Source: a virus
DNA: 36,324 nt
Reading direction: 5' to 3' (one strand)
IMG/VR virus record: IMGVR_UViG_3300038566_000156
Span: 1-36,324 of that record
Made by a program: the position numbers and the translations under genes. Below are positions 25,799 to 34,020 of the stretch, piece by piece (within the stretch, counting starts at the first letter, position 1; each line of letters opens with the position of its first letter). The notes under the pieces were generated by a model. It did no database searches and was not told where the DNA came from. It worked only from the letters and a program-made list of their open reading frames with translations.

Positions 25799-26307
25799 TG
25801 TCTAAAGTAAAAAAGAAGCGCGTTAAAAAGCACGACCCCAACAAGCGGGACAATGTTAAGAGGTTTAGCAAATTACATGAAATGTGGGTTGCTGGTGGAC
25901 ATTGCCAGGTAAGGACGATAACAGACTGCGACTATTCAATTCCATATATAGAGCACGCACTATCATTCAAAAACCAATGGAGCGCTATTTTATTCGCGTT
26001 TTGTGATGACGGTGACGAGTATCGAGCCATGGCTAGGTACTGGCAAAGTGAAAAATATTTGACGCACAAGGAAGCGGCAGATGAAGTTGAAAAGGAAATC
26101 AAGCGGTTGTGTGATGAGCAAGATCAAAAGAAACTAACTAGCCCAGGGTATGTGATCGTTCCTTGTATCGACACAAATCTTTGGGAAAAGCGCGGCGAGT
26201 TCGTTGACAGATTTCAACGATGGGGCGCATTCGATAACTTAATCTGCAACATAGTTTGCGAAATCAGAAAAGATAAGGGGATATTCCATGAACGTACAAG
26301 CGCATAA
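25798..26307 (+). CDS. Hypothetical protein (169 aa) with a basic N-terminus
   Basis: TAATG stop-start coupling with the upstream gene. It begins with the lysine-rich tail 'KVKKKRVKKHDPNKR'. No recognised domain. Confidence 0.5.
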   Translation: MSKVKKKRVKKHDPNKRDNVKRFSKLHEMWVAGGHCQVRTITDCDYSIPYIEHALSFKNQWSAILFAFCDDGDEYRAMARYWQSEKYLTHKEAADEVEKEIKRLCDEQDQKKLTSPGYVIVPCIDTNLWEKRGEFVDRFQRWGAFDNLICNIVCEIRKDKGIFHERTSA

Positions 26308-26674
26308 CGCAACCTTGCACACTGCTTACGAGCAGGCATTTAAAGAAAACGCAGCACTGAAGGAAGTATTGGCAGAGCTGGCAAAAACAGCTCGCGGCAC
26401 AATCGCCAAACATGGCATGTGGAACCAAGAGTTTGATGGTAATGAGATTGTCGCAGCCATTGCTTTGTTTGATGCTACTAAGGGCGTACTGAGCCAGAAA
26501 GAAAACGCACTGAGCATTGGCATTCAGTTTATTGGAATGCTTGAAGACCATAATGTTTATGGCGAAACGGCGGTTGAGGTGCTTGAGCGAATGAACCAGG
26601 CTTTGATATTTGAAAGCATTGCGGAATCTCAGGATCGTCAAGAGCAAGAAAAGCCTTCGGAGATTATTCTGTAA
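26288..26674 (+). CDS. Hypothetical protein (128 aa)
   Basis: RBS AAGGGG lies 7 nt upstream. Its stop overlaps the endolysin start (TAATG). Confidence 0.5.
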   Translation: MNVQAHNATLHTAYEQAFKENAALKEVLAELAKTARGTIAKHGMWNQEFDGNEIVAAIALFDATKGVLSQKENALSIGIQFIGMLEDHNVYGETAVEVLERMNQALIFESIAESQDRQEQEKPSEIIL

Positions 26675-27078
26675 TGGGTGATTTAACTAAAAACATTTCA
26701 GCGCATGAGCTTCGATGCAAGTGCGGAATCTGCAAAGTACGCATACAAGACCATGAGCCAGTTATTCAAGTGGTCCAAGATGCTTGCGACCACTTTGCAG
26801 AACTTGCCGGCAAGCCTGTAATTTTAAAAATTACCAGTGCTGCGCGTTGTTATGGCTATAACCGTCAACCTGCTCACTTGGGCGGAGCTGGAAGTAATGA
26901 CGAAAGCCAGCACCCTCGATGTTCAGCAATGGATATTAAGCTTTTTGTGAACGGTAGCTTTATCAAGCCTGATTATGTAGCGGAGTATTTTGAAGAAAAA
27001 TACCCTGACAAGTATGGAATTGGTAACTACAAGTCGTTTACTCATATTGATACTCGGGCAATTAAAGCTCGCTGGTAA
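26674..27078 (+). CDS. Endolysin, peptidase M15 family (zinc D,D- or L-Ala-D-Glu peptidase fold)
   Basis: 'SQHPRCSAMD' fits the SxHxxGxAxD-type zinc motif and 'FTHIDTR' supplies the distal His. It lies next to the holin. Confidence 0.75.
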   Translation: MGDLTKNISAHELRCKCGICKVRIQDHEPVIQVVQDACDHFAELAGKPVILKITSAARCYGYNRQPAHLGGAGSNDESQHPRCSAMDIKLFVNGSFIKPDYVAEYFEEKYPDKYGIGNYKSFTHIDTRAIKARW

Positions 27079-27081
27079 AGT

Positions 27082-27110
27082 TTGGTAGTGCCTGCATTTA
27101 GCTATACAAT
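27082..27110 (+). promoter_or_regulatory. Weak candidate sigma70 promoter ahead of the holin-region genes
   Basis: TTGGTA (27082..27087), a 17-nt spacer, then TACAAT (27105..27110). Called on sequence pattern alone. Confidence 0.25.
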
Positions 27111-27136
27111 AAAAACTCACTAACGAGGGTATAGCT

Positions 27137-27340
27137 ATGCAAGCACTTATAGTAATTATCAAAGCTGTTTTGATGTGGGGCGCTAAACGATACGCAACCG
27201 AGCTTATTGTTGACGCTGGCATTGAAGCAGCAGAAAAGCTAGCAGAAAGCACGACATTTACCAATGTAGATGACGAAGTAGCCGCGAAGCTAAAAAAAGA
27301 CCGCAACGAATTAATCAAAGTCATTAGAAATGCTTTATAG
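27137..27340 (+). CDS. Small protein with one N-terminal hydrophobic helix (lysis-cassette accessory?)
   Basis: 'MQALIVIIKAVLMWGA' is followed by an amphipathic, charged tail. RBS GAGGG. It lies between the endolysin and the holin. Confidence 0.45.
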   Translation: MQALIVIIKAVLMWGAKRYATELIVDAGIEAAEKLAESTTFTNVDDEVAAKLKKDRNELIKVIRNAL

Positions 27341-27350
27341 GGGTAATGGA

Positions 27351-27737
27351 ATGCCGCAGGATACGCTAAGCTTTATGCAGCGATTACAGGAATACGGATT
27401 ACTGGGTTACGGCTGGATTTTGTTTATTGCGTTTTGGGGCGGCACTGTTCGTTATCTCACTGCAGTAAAGAATGGTGAAAAGCCATCATTTGTCGGCTGG
27501 GTTACTGAGACACTAATAAGTGGGTTTGTCGGCATTCTGGCAGCAATGATCTGTCAGTACTTTAAAATCGATTACTTGCTAACAGCAGCAATAACAGGCA
27601 TAGCCGCACACAACGGCACGCGATCGCTCTATATTATCGGTGAGATATTAAAGAAGAACGCTCCAATGGTCGGAGGGCTAGCTGAGCAGTCAAAAAAAAA
27701 GCCGATAATGGCAAGGAAGGCGAAGAATGAGCGCTAA
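27351..27737 (+). CDS. Class I holin with three TMDs (P1 LydA-like)
   Basis: Three hydrophobic segments: 'GLLGYGWILFIAFWGGTVRYL', 'FVGWVTETLISGFVGILAAMICQYF' and 'LLTAAITGIAAHNGTRSLYIIG'. There is an alternative upstream ATG at 27330 (MLYRGNGM...). Confidence 0.65.
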   Translation: MPQDTLSFMQRLQEYGLLGYGWILFIAFWGGTVRYLTAVKNGEKPSFVGWVTETLISGFVGILAAMICQYFKIDYLLTAAITGIAAHNGTRSLYIIGEILKKNAPMVGGLAEQSKKKPIMARKAKNER

Positions 27738-28266
27738 CAGTTCAAAGTTTGACGGCGTGGAGCTAAGCGCATCAGCAAAGCGAGCAGAAGACGGGTACAT
27801 ATTCTTCTTTTCAAGTCGCCAGCAGATTGCAAACAACGGCGGCGCTGGTTATTGGCTTGTATCTTCAGGCAACAAAACAATTATCGTAACTCAGCGAATC
27901 GTAACAACCAATGGCGATGAGCTTGAATACAGTCCTTGGGTCGGCTCTACGATCACAGACGAAGGCACATTAATTAATCATTCCAATTTGAACGCAATAA
28001 CGCCGCTAAAAAGCACAGTTGTAGCTCACATCGCACCAACCTTTTCGGACAAAGGTATTCAAGGCACTAAGTCGTACATGCCTGGGGCTTCTGGTCAGGG
28101 TCAGTCAGACATAGGCAATGTATACTCGAATGAACAAGAAAACATACTTCCGCCACACACAACCTTGTTGCTTGAGATAACCAATAACGGCTCTAAAGAT
28201 GACGCTGAATGCGAGCTTTATGTATCTTGGGCAGAAGTTGACGATCCTTCACCATTTCAGGCTTAA
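27727..28266 (+). CDS. Hypothetical protein (179 aa)
   Basis: It has coding-like composition and its start overlaps the holin stop. I see no signal peptide, TMD or recognised motif. Confidence 0.5.
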   Translation: MSANSSKFDGVELSASAKRAEDGYIFFFSSRQQIANNGGAGYWLVSSGNKTIIVTQRIVTTNGDELEYSPWVGSTITDEGTLINHSNLNAITPLKSTVVAHIAPTFSDKGIQGTKSYMPGASGQGQSDIGNVYSNEQENILPPHTTLLLEITNNGSKDDAECELYVSWAEVDDPSPFQA

Positions 28267-28271
28267 GTAAA

Positions 28272-28889
28272 ATGGAACTAACAGATAAACAGTTAGAGCT
28301 AGCAAGCAAATTGACGACACTTAATAGGAAGTTTGTCGTTAATCTTGTTGGCACTAATAAAAGCCAAAGACAGGCTTATGTTGATGCAGGAGGCAAAGCA
28401 AAGAGCGATGACGCCCAAGATGCAGCAGCAAGCAGAATGTTAGCTGACGTTAAGGTGAAGGCTTTTTATGATTCATTAATGGAATCTGCAACCTCAGAAG
28501 CTATTCTAACGCGCGAAGAAGCTCTTCAAATCCTTTCTAATAACGCCAAGGTACAAATGACTGACGTAGCCGTTTTTGGGCTAGCGCGGGTCGGAGAGGA
28601 CGCCGAAGGCAATGACGTTATGCAAACCGTTTGGACAATGAAAGACAGCAAGGACATTGACCCTAATGTTATGAGCTGCATCAAGTCTGTAACGATGACA
28701 AAGCAAGGGCCGAAGATTGAATTGCATGATCAGCATGGCGCTATTAAACAGCTCTCTGACATGCAAGGTTGGAACGCTCCCAAGAAATCAGAGCTAACAG
28801 GTGCAGGTGGCAAGCCATTAGCCATTCAAGCCGATGTTAGTTCGCCAGAAGTTGCCAGCGCTCTTGCTGGCTTAATGGATAAACTCTAG
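28272..28889 (+). CDS. terS: Terminase small subunit
   Basis: The N-terminus 'LTDKQLELASKL...NKSQRQAYVDAGGKAKSDDAQDAAASRMLADVKVKAFYDS' follows the Terminase_2-type pattern. It lies upstream of terL. Confidence 0.7.
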   Translation: MELTDKQLELASKLTTLNRKFVVNLVGTNKSQRQAYVDAGGKAKSDDAQDAAASRMLADVKVKAFYDSLMESATSEAILTREEALQILSNNAKVQMTDVAVFGLARVGEDAEGNDVMQTVWTMKDSKDIDPNVMSCIKSVTMTKQGPKIELHDQHGAIKQLSDMQGWNAPKKSELTGAGGKPLAIQADVSSPEVASALAGLMDKL

Positions 28890-28901
28890 AAGGTATTAAG
28901 T

Positions 28902-29048
28902 ATGCGAAATTTAAAAGCGATTAAGTGTTTCTTTGTTGGCCACAAAAATAAGGCGGTTAAAGCTACATTTGACGAGCGAGAATGCACATGCTGCGGATCG
29001 CGCCAGTTTAAATACTCATTTACTGGGAAGTGGTTAACGATAAACTAA
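28902..29048 (+). CDS. Small Cys-rich ORF (48 aa) between terS and terL, below the ORF-track size cutoff
   Basis: My own translation is MRNLKAIKCFFVGHKNKAVKATFDERECTCCGSRQFKYSFTGKWLTIN. The 'CxxxGH...CxxCG' pattern resembles the small prophage DUF1660 family as I recall it. Its TAA overlaps the terL ATG (TAATG). Confidence 0.4.
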   Translation: MRNLKAIKCFFVGHKNKAVKATFDERECTCCGSRQFKYSFTGKWLTIN

Positions 29049-30682
29049 TGAGCATTATGCAGTGGGAAACAATGACGGACGCTGACAAGGTAGCCGTCAA
29101 GATTGCAAGCGAAGCCTCTTTTGAGGCTTTTTTGCGTATATTCTTCCAATTACTGCAAGGGCAGAAGTTCAAGAAGAACTGGCACCACACTTACGAGTGC
29201 CAACTTGCTGAAGACGTTTACCACGGTAAGATTAATCGCGGCATTATCAACGTAGCACCAGGTTCTACCAAGACTGAGATATGGTCTATTCACTGGATAG
29301 CCTGGTGCATTATTAAGTGCATTAGTGACGACAATCCAAGATCAAGCCGATGGCTTCCGCTTTCTTATTCTGACGACTTGGTAACAGAGAACGCAAAGCG
29401 AGTGAAAGAAATACTCGATAGTGAGGAATTCAGCACACTATGGCCGGTTAGAGTTGACCCAACCACAAAATCGAGCGCTAACTGGATGTACAGGGACGAT
29501 AACGGCAACCGCCATAGGCTTTACGGCACTTCAATCAATGGACAAGTAACAGGCAGGCGTGGCGGCTACATGGTAGAGAATTGTTTTACCGGCGCTGTGA
29601 TACTTGATGACCCTCTTCCGCCTAAAGATATGGACTCAGGCTTGATAATGAACAAGGCGAACCAGAAGCTAAACAGAGTCGTGCGCTCTCGATTAGCTCA
29701 TGATGACGTTCCAATCATTATGGTGCAGCAGCGAATAGCTAAAGGTGATTCAACCGATTTTCTACACAGCGACAAAGCACCGGATGATTACGAGCAATTC
29801 AGAGTGCCAGCGTTGATTGATCAGCAGTATGTCGATTCATTGCCCAAAGCTATGCAAGAGGCTTGCATTAGAGATACAGAGTTCACCGGTAAGCGCACAA
29901 GCTACTGGCCAGCCAAAGAACCGACTAAAACACTATTGAAAATGGAAAAGGCAGATAACTACATGTTTAGTGCTCAGTACCAGCAGAACCCCGATGACGC
30001 ATTGCAAGAGGGCGTTGTTTACAAGAAAGAGCTCGAACTACTTGTTGAAGAGGGTAGGCTTTGTCGCATACCTATTGAGAAGTCTTTGCCGGTGTTTACT
30101 TATTGGGATTTGGGGATCAATGACGATATGGTTCTATGGCTAATGCAGCCGCATAGAAAAGAATTGCGAATGATTGCCTGCTATGCAAACCGTGATGAGG
30201 GAATGGAGCACTATATTAATTGGCTAAATGACTTCGCTGACAAGTACGGCATTCGATACGGTGAGCATCTGGCACCACACGACATTGCAGTACGCGACTT
30301 AATGACGAGAGAAAGCCGGATTGATATAGCAAAAGGCATGGGCATTAGGTTTAAGTTAGTTGATCGCTGCAAGAGTAAGCGCGAATCAATAAACGCATTA
30401 AAGGCATTGTTCCCGCGTATTTGGATTGATAGCGTTCGCTGCGATACCGAAGCCAACGGAGCAACCGGTGACATGGCGAAGAAGACGGGCTGGAAGGGAT
30501 TAAAGGCATTGCGCCGCGAGTGGGATCACAACAATGAAGTATTTAAAGATGAGGTGGGGCCAAAGTGGGCGACCAACTTCACTGATGCCATTCAGCAAAT
30601 GGGTTTACACTACAAAGAACCAACCACAAGACAGAAGCCTAAGCCACGACCAAGGCCGCAATCAGGAGGTTGGATGAATTGA
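29048..30682 (+). CDS. terL: Terminase large subunit
   Basis: A Walker A-like 'NVAPGSTKTE', a Walker B-like 'GAVILDDPL' and a C-terminal nuclease region 'FTYWDLGINDDMV'. I prefer the ATG at 29048 over the GTG at 29030. Confidence 0.85.
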   Translation: MSIMQWETMTDADKVAVKIASEASFEAFLRIFFQLLQGQKFKKNWHHTYECQLAEDVYHGKINRGIINVAPGSTKTEIWSIHWIAWCIIKCISDDNPRSSRWLPLSYSDDLVTENAKRVKEILDSEEFSTLWPVRVDPTTKSSANWMYRDDNGNRHRLYGTSINGQVTGRRGGYMVENCFTGAVILDDPLPPKDMDSGLIMNKANQKLNRVVRSRLAHDDVPIIMVQQRIAKGDSTDFLHSDKAPDDYEQFRVPALIDQQYVDSLPKAMQEACIRDTEFTGKRTSYWPAKEPTKTLLKMEKADNYMFSAQYQQNPDDALQEGVVYKKELELLVEEGRLCRIPIEKSLPVFTYWDLGINDDMVLWLMQPHRKELRMIACYANRDEGMEHYINWLNDFADKYGIRYGEHLAPHDIAVRDLMTRESRIDIAKGMGIRFKLVDRCKSKRESINALKALFPRIWIDSVRCDTEANGATGDMAKKTGWKGLKALRREWDHNNEVFKDEVGPKWATNFTDAIQQMGLHYKEPTTRQKPKPRPRPQSGGWMN

Positions 30683-30873
30683 GAACTTACGGCGAGATAA
30701 GAGGCGTATCATTTCATAAAGTGGGGTTTTCAATATATCATCTAGCTATTGAATATAAATTAAGTGTCGGTGATGGCTCAATTAGCGTTTACGTTAATAG
30801 CATGGCCGAACTAAAAAAAGAAATTAATAACCTGGTGGTTTGCAATGGGCGACAAGACGAATACGAATACTAA
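30670..30873 (+). CDS. Hypothetical 67-aa protein bridging terL and portal
   Basis: A strong RBS AGGAGG lies 3 nt upstream of the ATG. The ORF overlaps the terL 3' end by 13 nt and the portal 5' end by 29 nt. Confidence 0.4.
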   Translation: MDELRTYGEIRGVSFHKVGFSIYHLAIEYKLSVGDGSISVYVNSMAELKKEINNLVVCNGRQDEYEY

Positions 30874-32953
30874 TGACGAAGCACTGTTAGCTACTGCAAG
30901 AGAGCGGGCGCGTGATGGTGCTACATTCTGGAAGGAAAATTGGGAAGCAGCGGAAGACGACCTAAAATTTCTTTCAGGCGACCAGTGGCCTAGTCAAGTT
31001 AGAACTGAGCGAGAGCTAGAGCAGCGACCATGTTTAGTTAATAACGTATTGCCGACATTTGTGGATCAGGTAATGGGCGACCAGCTACAAAACAAGCCGC
31101 GTATCAAGGTATCTGCAATTGACCCGGCTCACGTCAATACACCAGAAGGTGAACAGGAAGAGCTAAAAGTAAGCAATCGAGCAGGCAAGAAAGATTATTC
31201 ACTATCAGAAGTGTTTACCGGTGCAATTAAGAATATTGAATACAATTGCGATGCAGAGACAGCTTATGACATGGCGTTTCAATCTGCTTTAGAGTCTGGT
31301 ATCGGCTATCTGCGCGTTTTGTCTGACTACGAAAGCGAAGACAGTTTTGACCAAGAGCTGTTAATCAAGCACATATCAGATCAGTTTAGTGTAACCATTG
31401 ACCCTAACGCGAGAGAGATTGATAAAAGCGATGCCGGATGGGTTTTGATTGATGATGTTATGCCAAAGGATGTGTTTCGGGAGCAATACCCCGATGTTAT
31501 GGCCGAGCCATTAGCAGGCTCAACAGATCAAGGTGAGTGGTACACAGAGAAGACCGTTCGGGTATCTGAGTATTTTACTAGAGAGTTAGAATTAAAAGAG
31601 CAGTCATTGCTTAGTGATGGCCGCGTAGTGTGGGCAGAAGACCTAGAGCCTATTCTTGATGAACTGGCCGAACAAGGTATTACTGTTAAGCGCAGTCGCA
31701 AAGTCAAAACACACAAAGTTATTTGGCGCAAGATCACTGGAAACGCAGTGTTAGAAGGGCCAATCGAACTGGATTGTACAACTATCCCAGTGGTCCCGGT
31801 GTGGGGCAAGTCGATAACAATTAAAAAGAAAACAATGTATCGCTCATTAATTCGATACGCAAAAGATGCTCAACGAATGGCAAACTATTGGGATAGTGCA
31901 GCGGCAGAGTCGATAGCATTAGCACCTAAAGCGCCGTTTATAGGTAGCGAAGGACATACCGAAGGTCGAGAAAACGAATGGGAAAACGCCAATACAACAA
32001 ATCAGGCAATTCTTACATACGTTCCTCAATTTCAAGGCGACCCAGGGCCAAGACGCGACCAGCCAGCAGCAGTGCCAGCAGCAGAGCTAACAATGGCCTC
32101 GACTGCTACAGATAAAATTAAAGGCACTGTGGGCATGTTTGACGCTTCACTTGGCGCACAAAGCAATGAAACTAGCGGTCGTGCAATCATCGCAAGACAG
32201 CGCGAATCCGATACGGGTACGTTTAAGTTTATTGATAATCTTTCTAAGGCAATTTCACGCATTGGTCGGCTATTGGTTGAAATGATACCTGCTATATACG
32301 ACACAGAGCGAGTTATGCGGCTCAAGTTTGAAGACGACACAGAAGATTATGTTGTTTTAAACCAGCAAGTGCTTGATGAAGAAACGGGTAACTGGGTTAC
32401 GATCCACGACTTAAACGTATCTAAGTATGACGTTGTTGTTAATACCGGCCCTGCTTACTCCACTCAGAGAATGGAAGCAGCCGAGGCAATGATACAGTTT
32501 GCTCAAGCAGTACCAAGCGCAGCAGCAGTAATGGCTGATCTTATTGCACAAAACATGGATTGGCCGGGTTCCGATGTAATTACTGAACGTCTTAAAAAGA
32601 TTATGCCGCCAAATGTTTTAACTAGCGAAGAGCGCGAAAAAATGGCCGAAGATATGCCAGAGCAACCAGAGCCAACGCCAGAGCAGCAAGTAATGATGAA
32701 AGAGTTAGAGGTTCGCGGTATGGAGGCAGAAGCTAACGGCTCCAAAGCACAGGCTGAAATGGCTAAAAATGAGGCGGTTATGGCTAAGGCGCAATCTGAC
32801 GCGGCTATTGCTGAAATGAAGACGCAAGAAGCACAGTTAAAGCTGCAAGCAATTAATCAAGGTGCTGACAGTGGAAGCGCTGACTACCAGCAAGTTAAAG
32901 AGTTGGTAGCTCAAGCAGTGGCAGAGCTACTAGCAGCAGGAAGGGCGCAATAG
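30845..32953 (+). CDS. Portal protein (P22 gp1-like) with a long C-terminal coiled-coil barrel
   Basis: 702 aa. The N-terminus 'ARERARDGATFWKENWEAAEDDLKFLSGDQWPSQVRTERELEQRPCLVNNVLPTFVDQVMGDQ' is the typical portal signature. The helical tail 'AEMAKNEAVMAKAQSDAAIAEMKTQEAQLKLQAINQ' resembles the P22 portal barrel. Confidence 0.85.
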   Translation: MGDKTNTNTNDEALLATARERARDGATFWKENWEAAEDDLKFLSGDQWPSQVRTERELEQRPCLVNNVLPTFVDQVMGDQLQNKPRIKVSAIDPAHVNTPEGEQEELKVSNRAGKKDYSLSEVFTGAIKNIEYNCDAETAYDMAFQSALESGIGYLRVLSDYESEDSFDQELLIKHISDQFSVTIDPNAREIDKSDAGWVLIDDVMPKDVFREQYPDVMAEPLAGSTDQGEWYTEKTVRVSEYFTRELELKEQSLLSDGRVVWAEDLEPILDELAEQGITVKRSRKVKTHKVIWRKITGNAVLEGPIELDCTTIPVVPVWGKSITIKKKTMYRSLIRYAKDAQRMANYWDSAAAESIALAPKAPFIGSEGHTEGRENEWENANTTNQAILTYVPQFQGDPGPRRDQPAAVPAAELTMASTATDKIKGTVGMFDASLGAQSNETSGRAIIARQRESDTGTFKFIDNLSKAISRIGRLLVEMIPAIYDTERVMRLKFEDDTEDYVVLNQQVLDEETGNWVTIHDLNVSKYDVVVNTGPAYSTQRMEAAEAMIQFAQAVPSAAAVMADLIAQNMDWPGSDVITERLKKIMPPNVLTSEEREKMAEDMPEQPEPTPEQQVMMKELEVRGMEAEANGSKAQAEMAKNEAVMAKAQSDAAIAEMKTQEAQLKLQAINQGADSGSADYQQVKELVAQAVAELLAAGRAQ

Positions 32954-33088
32954 TGGTATTTGAACATTATTGCGTTATCATTAGTATATTAGCTTGGGGC
33001 TGGGAGTTACCCGGCTGGGCTAGACCTTACGCAAGGGTTTAAACTTGCGGCACAGCCTACGGGCTAATTCGTATCTAAAAGGTATGCT

Positions 33089-34006
33089 ATGAGTGATGTA
33101 AATAACGGTGAAACTGTAGCAAGTGAAACCGATAATTTTGTTGTTGTTAATTCAGACGCACCAGTTGTACCGGATGATGAAGGTAAGCAGGTAGAGGGTT
33201 CGATCGCGAACGAATCCGAAGGTACTAGCGAGCATGATTCTACTGACGAGAGCGGAGCAGAAGAACAAGACACAGCTGGCGAAGATACCGCCAGTGAGCA
33301 AGACGAAGGCAAGCAGGCCGAAAAGCCTAAGTCACGCGCTCAGAAACGTATTGATAAGATTACCCGCCAGCGTGAAGAAGCCAAGCGAGAAGCGGAGCGA
33401 CTTCAACGACAAGTTGACGAACTTACGAAAGGCAAACAGGGTAATAGCGGAGAAGCGCCGAACGAAAGTGACTATGATACTTATGATGAGTATTTAACAG
33501 CACTGGATGAGTACGACAGTAGTTCTAACCAGCAGGCCGATGATAATTACTCAAAGGCTGATGAGCAGAACGACCAAGATACTTTAACCGACAGCCAGAA
33601 AACGGCTCAAGGCATTCTTCGTGAAAAAATTGGAGAGGGCATTGATAAGTATGAAAACTTTGAGGATGTCGCTTTAAGTGAAGACGTGGCTATTACTGGC
33701 GAAATGGTAGAAGCACTGGCCGATTGTGACGACCCATTAAAAGTAATGTATCACCTGGGCCAAAACAAAGAGCTAGCTGCAGCCATTGCAGAAAAGACAC
33801 CGATTCAACAGGCGCGAGAAATCGCACGATTAGATTTAACGGTGAAGGTGACACCACCAAAGCCAACAAAAACGACAACAGCGGCAGACCCAATCAGTCC
33901 TGTTCACGGTTCGGACGCTCAACAAAAGCCAATTAGTGATATGTCTTTTAGAGAATATGAAGAACACATGAATAAAGTTGAACAAAGTCGTCGCCATCAT
34001 AGTTAA
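33089..34006 (+). CDS. Scaffolding protein
   Basis: A highly acidic, low-complexity N-terminus, a coiled coil ('RQREEAKREAERLQRQVDELTK') and a position between portal and coat. Confidence 0.7.
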   Translation: MSDVNNGETVASETDNFVVVNSDAPVVPDDEGKQVEGSIANESEGTSEHDSTDESGAEEQDTAGEDTASEQDEGKQAEKPKSRAQKRIDKITRQREEAKREAERLQRQVDELTKGKQGNSGEAPNESDYDTYDEYLTALDEYDSSSNQQADDNYSKADEQNDQDTLTDSQKTAQGILREKIGEGIDKYENFEDVALSEDVAITGEMVEALADCDDPLKVMYHLGQNKELAAAIAEKTPIQQAREIARLDLTVKVTPPKPTKTTTAADPISPVHGSDAQQKPISDMSFREYEEHMNKVEQSRRHHS

Positions 34007-34020
34007 TTAGGAGTCATATC

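Noticed and set aside
26264-27324. The - strand ORFs 26264..26647 (127 aa) and 26923..27324 (133 aa).
   Set aside because: They are antisense to tightly coupled + strand genes, including the motif-supported M15 endolysin. Their composition is Cys/Phe/Leu-rich and atypical for real proteins.
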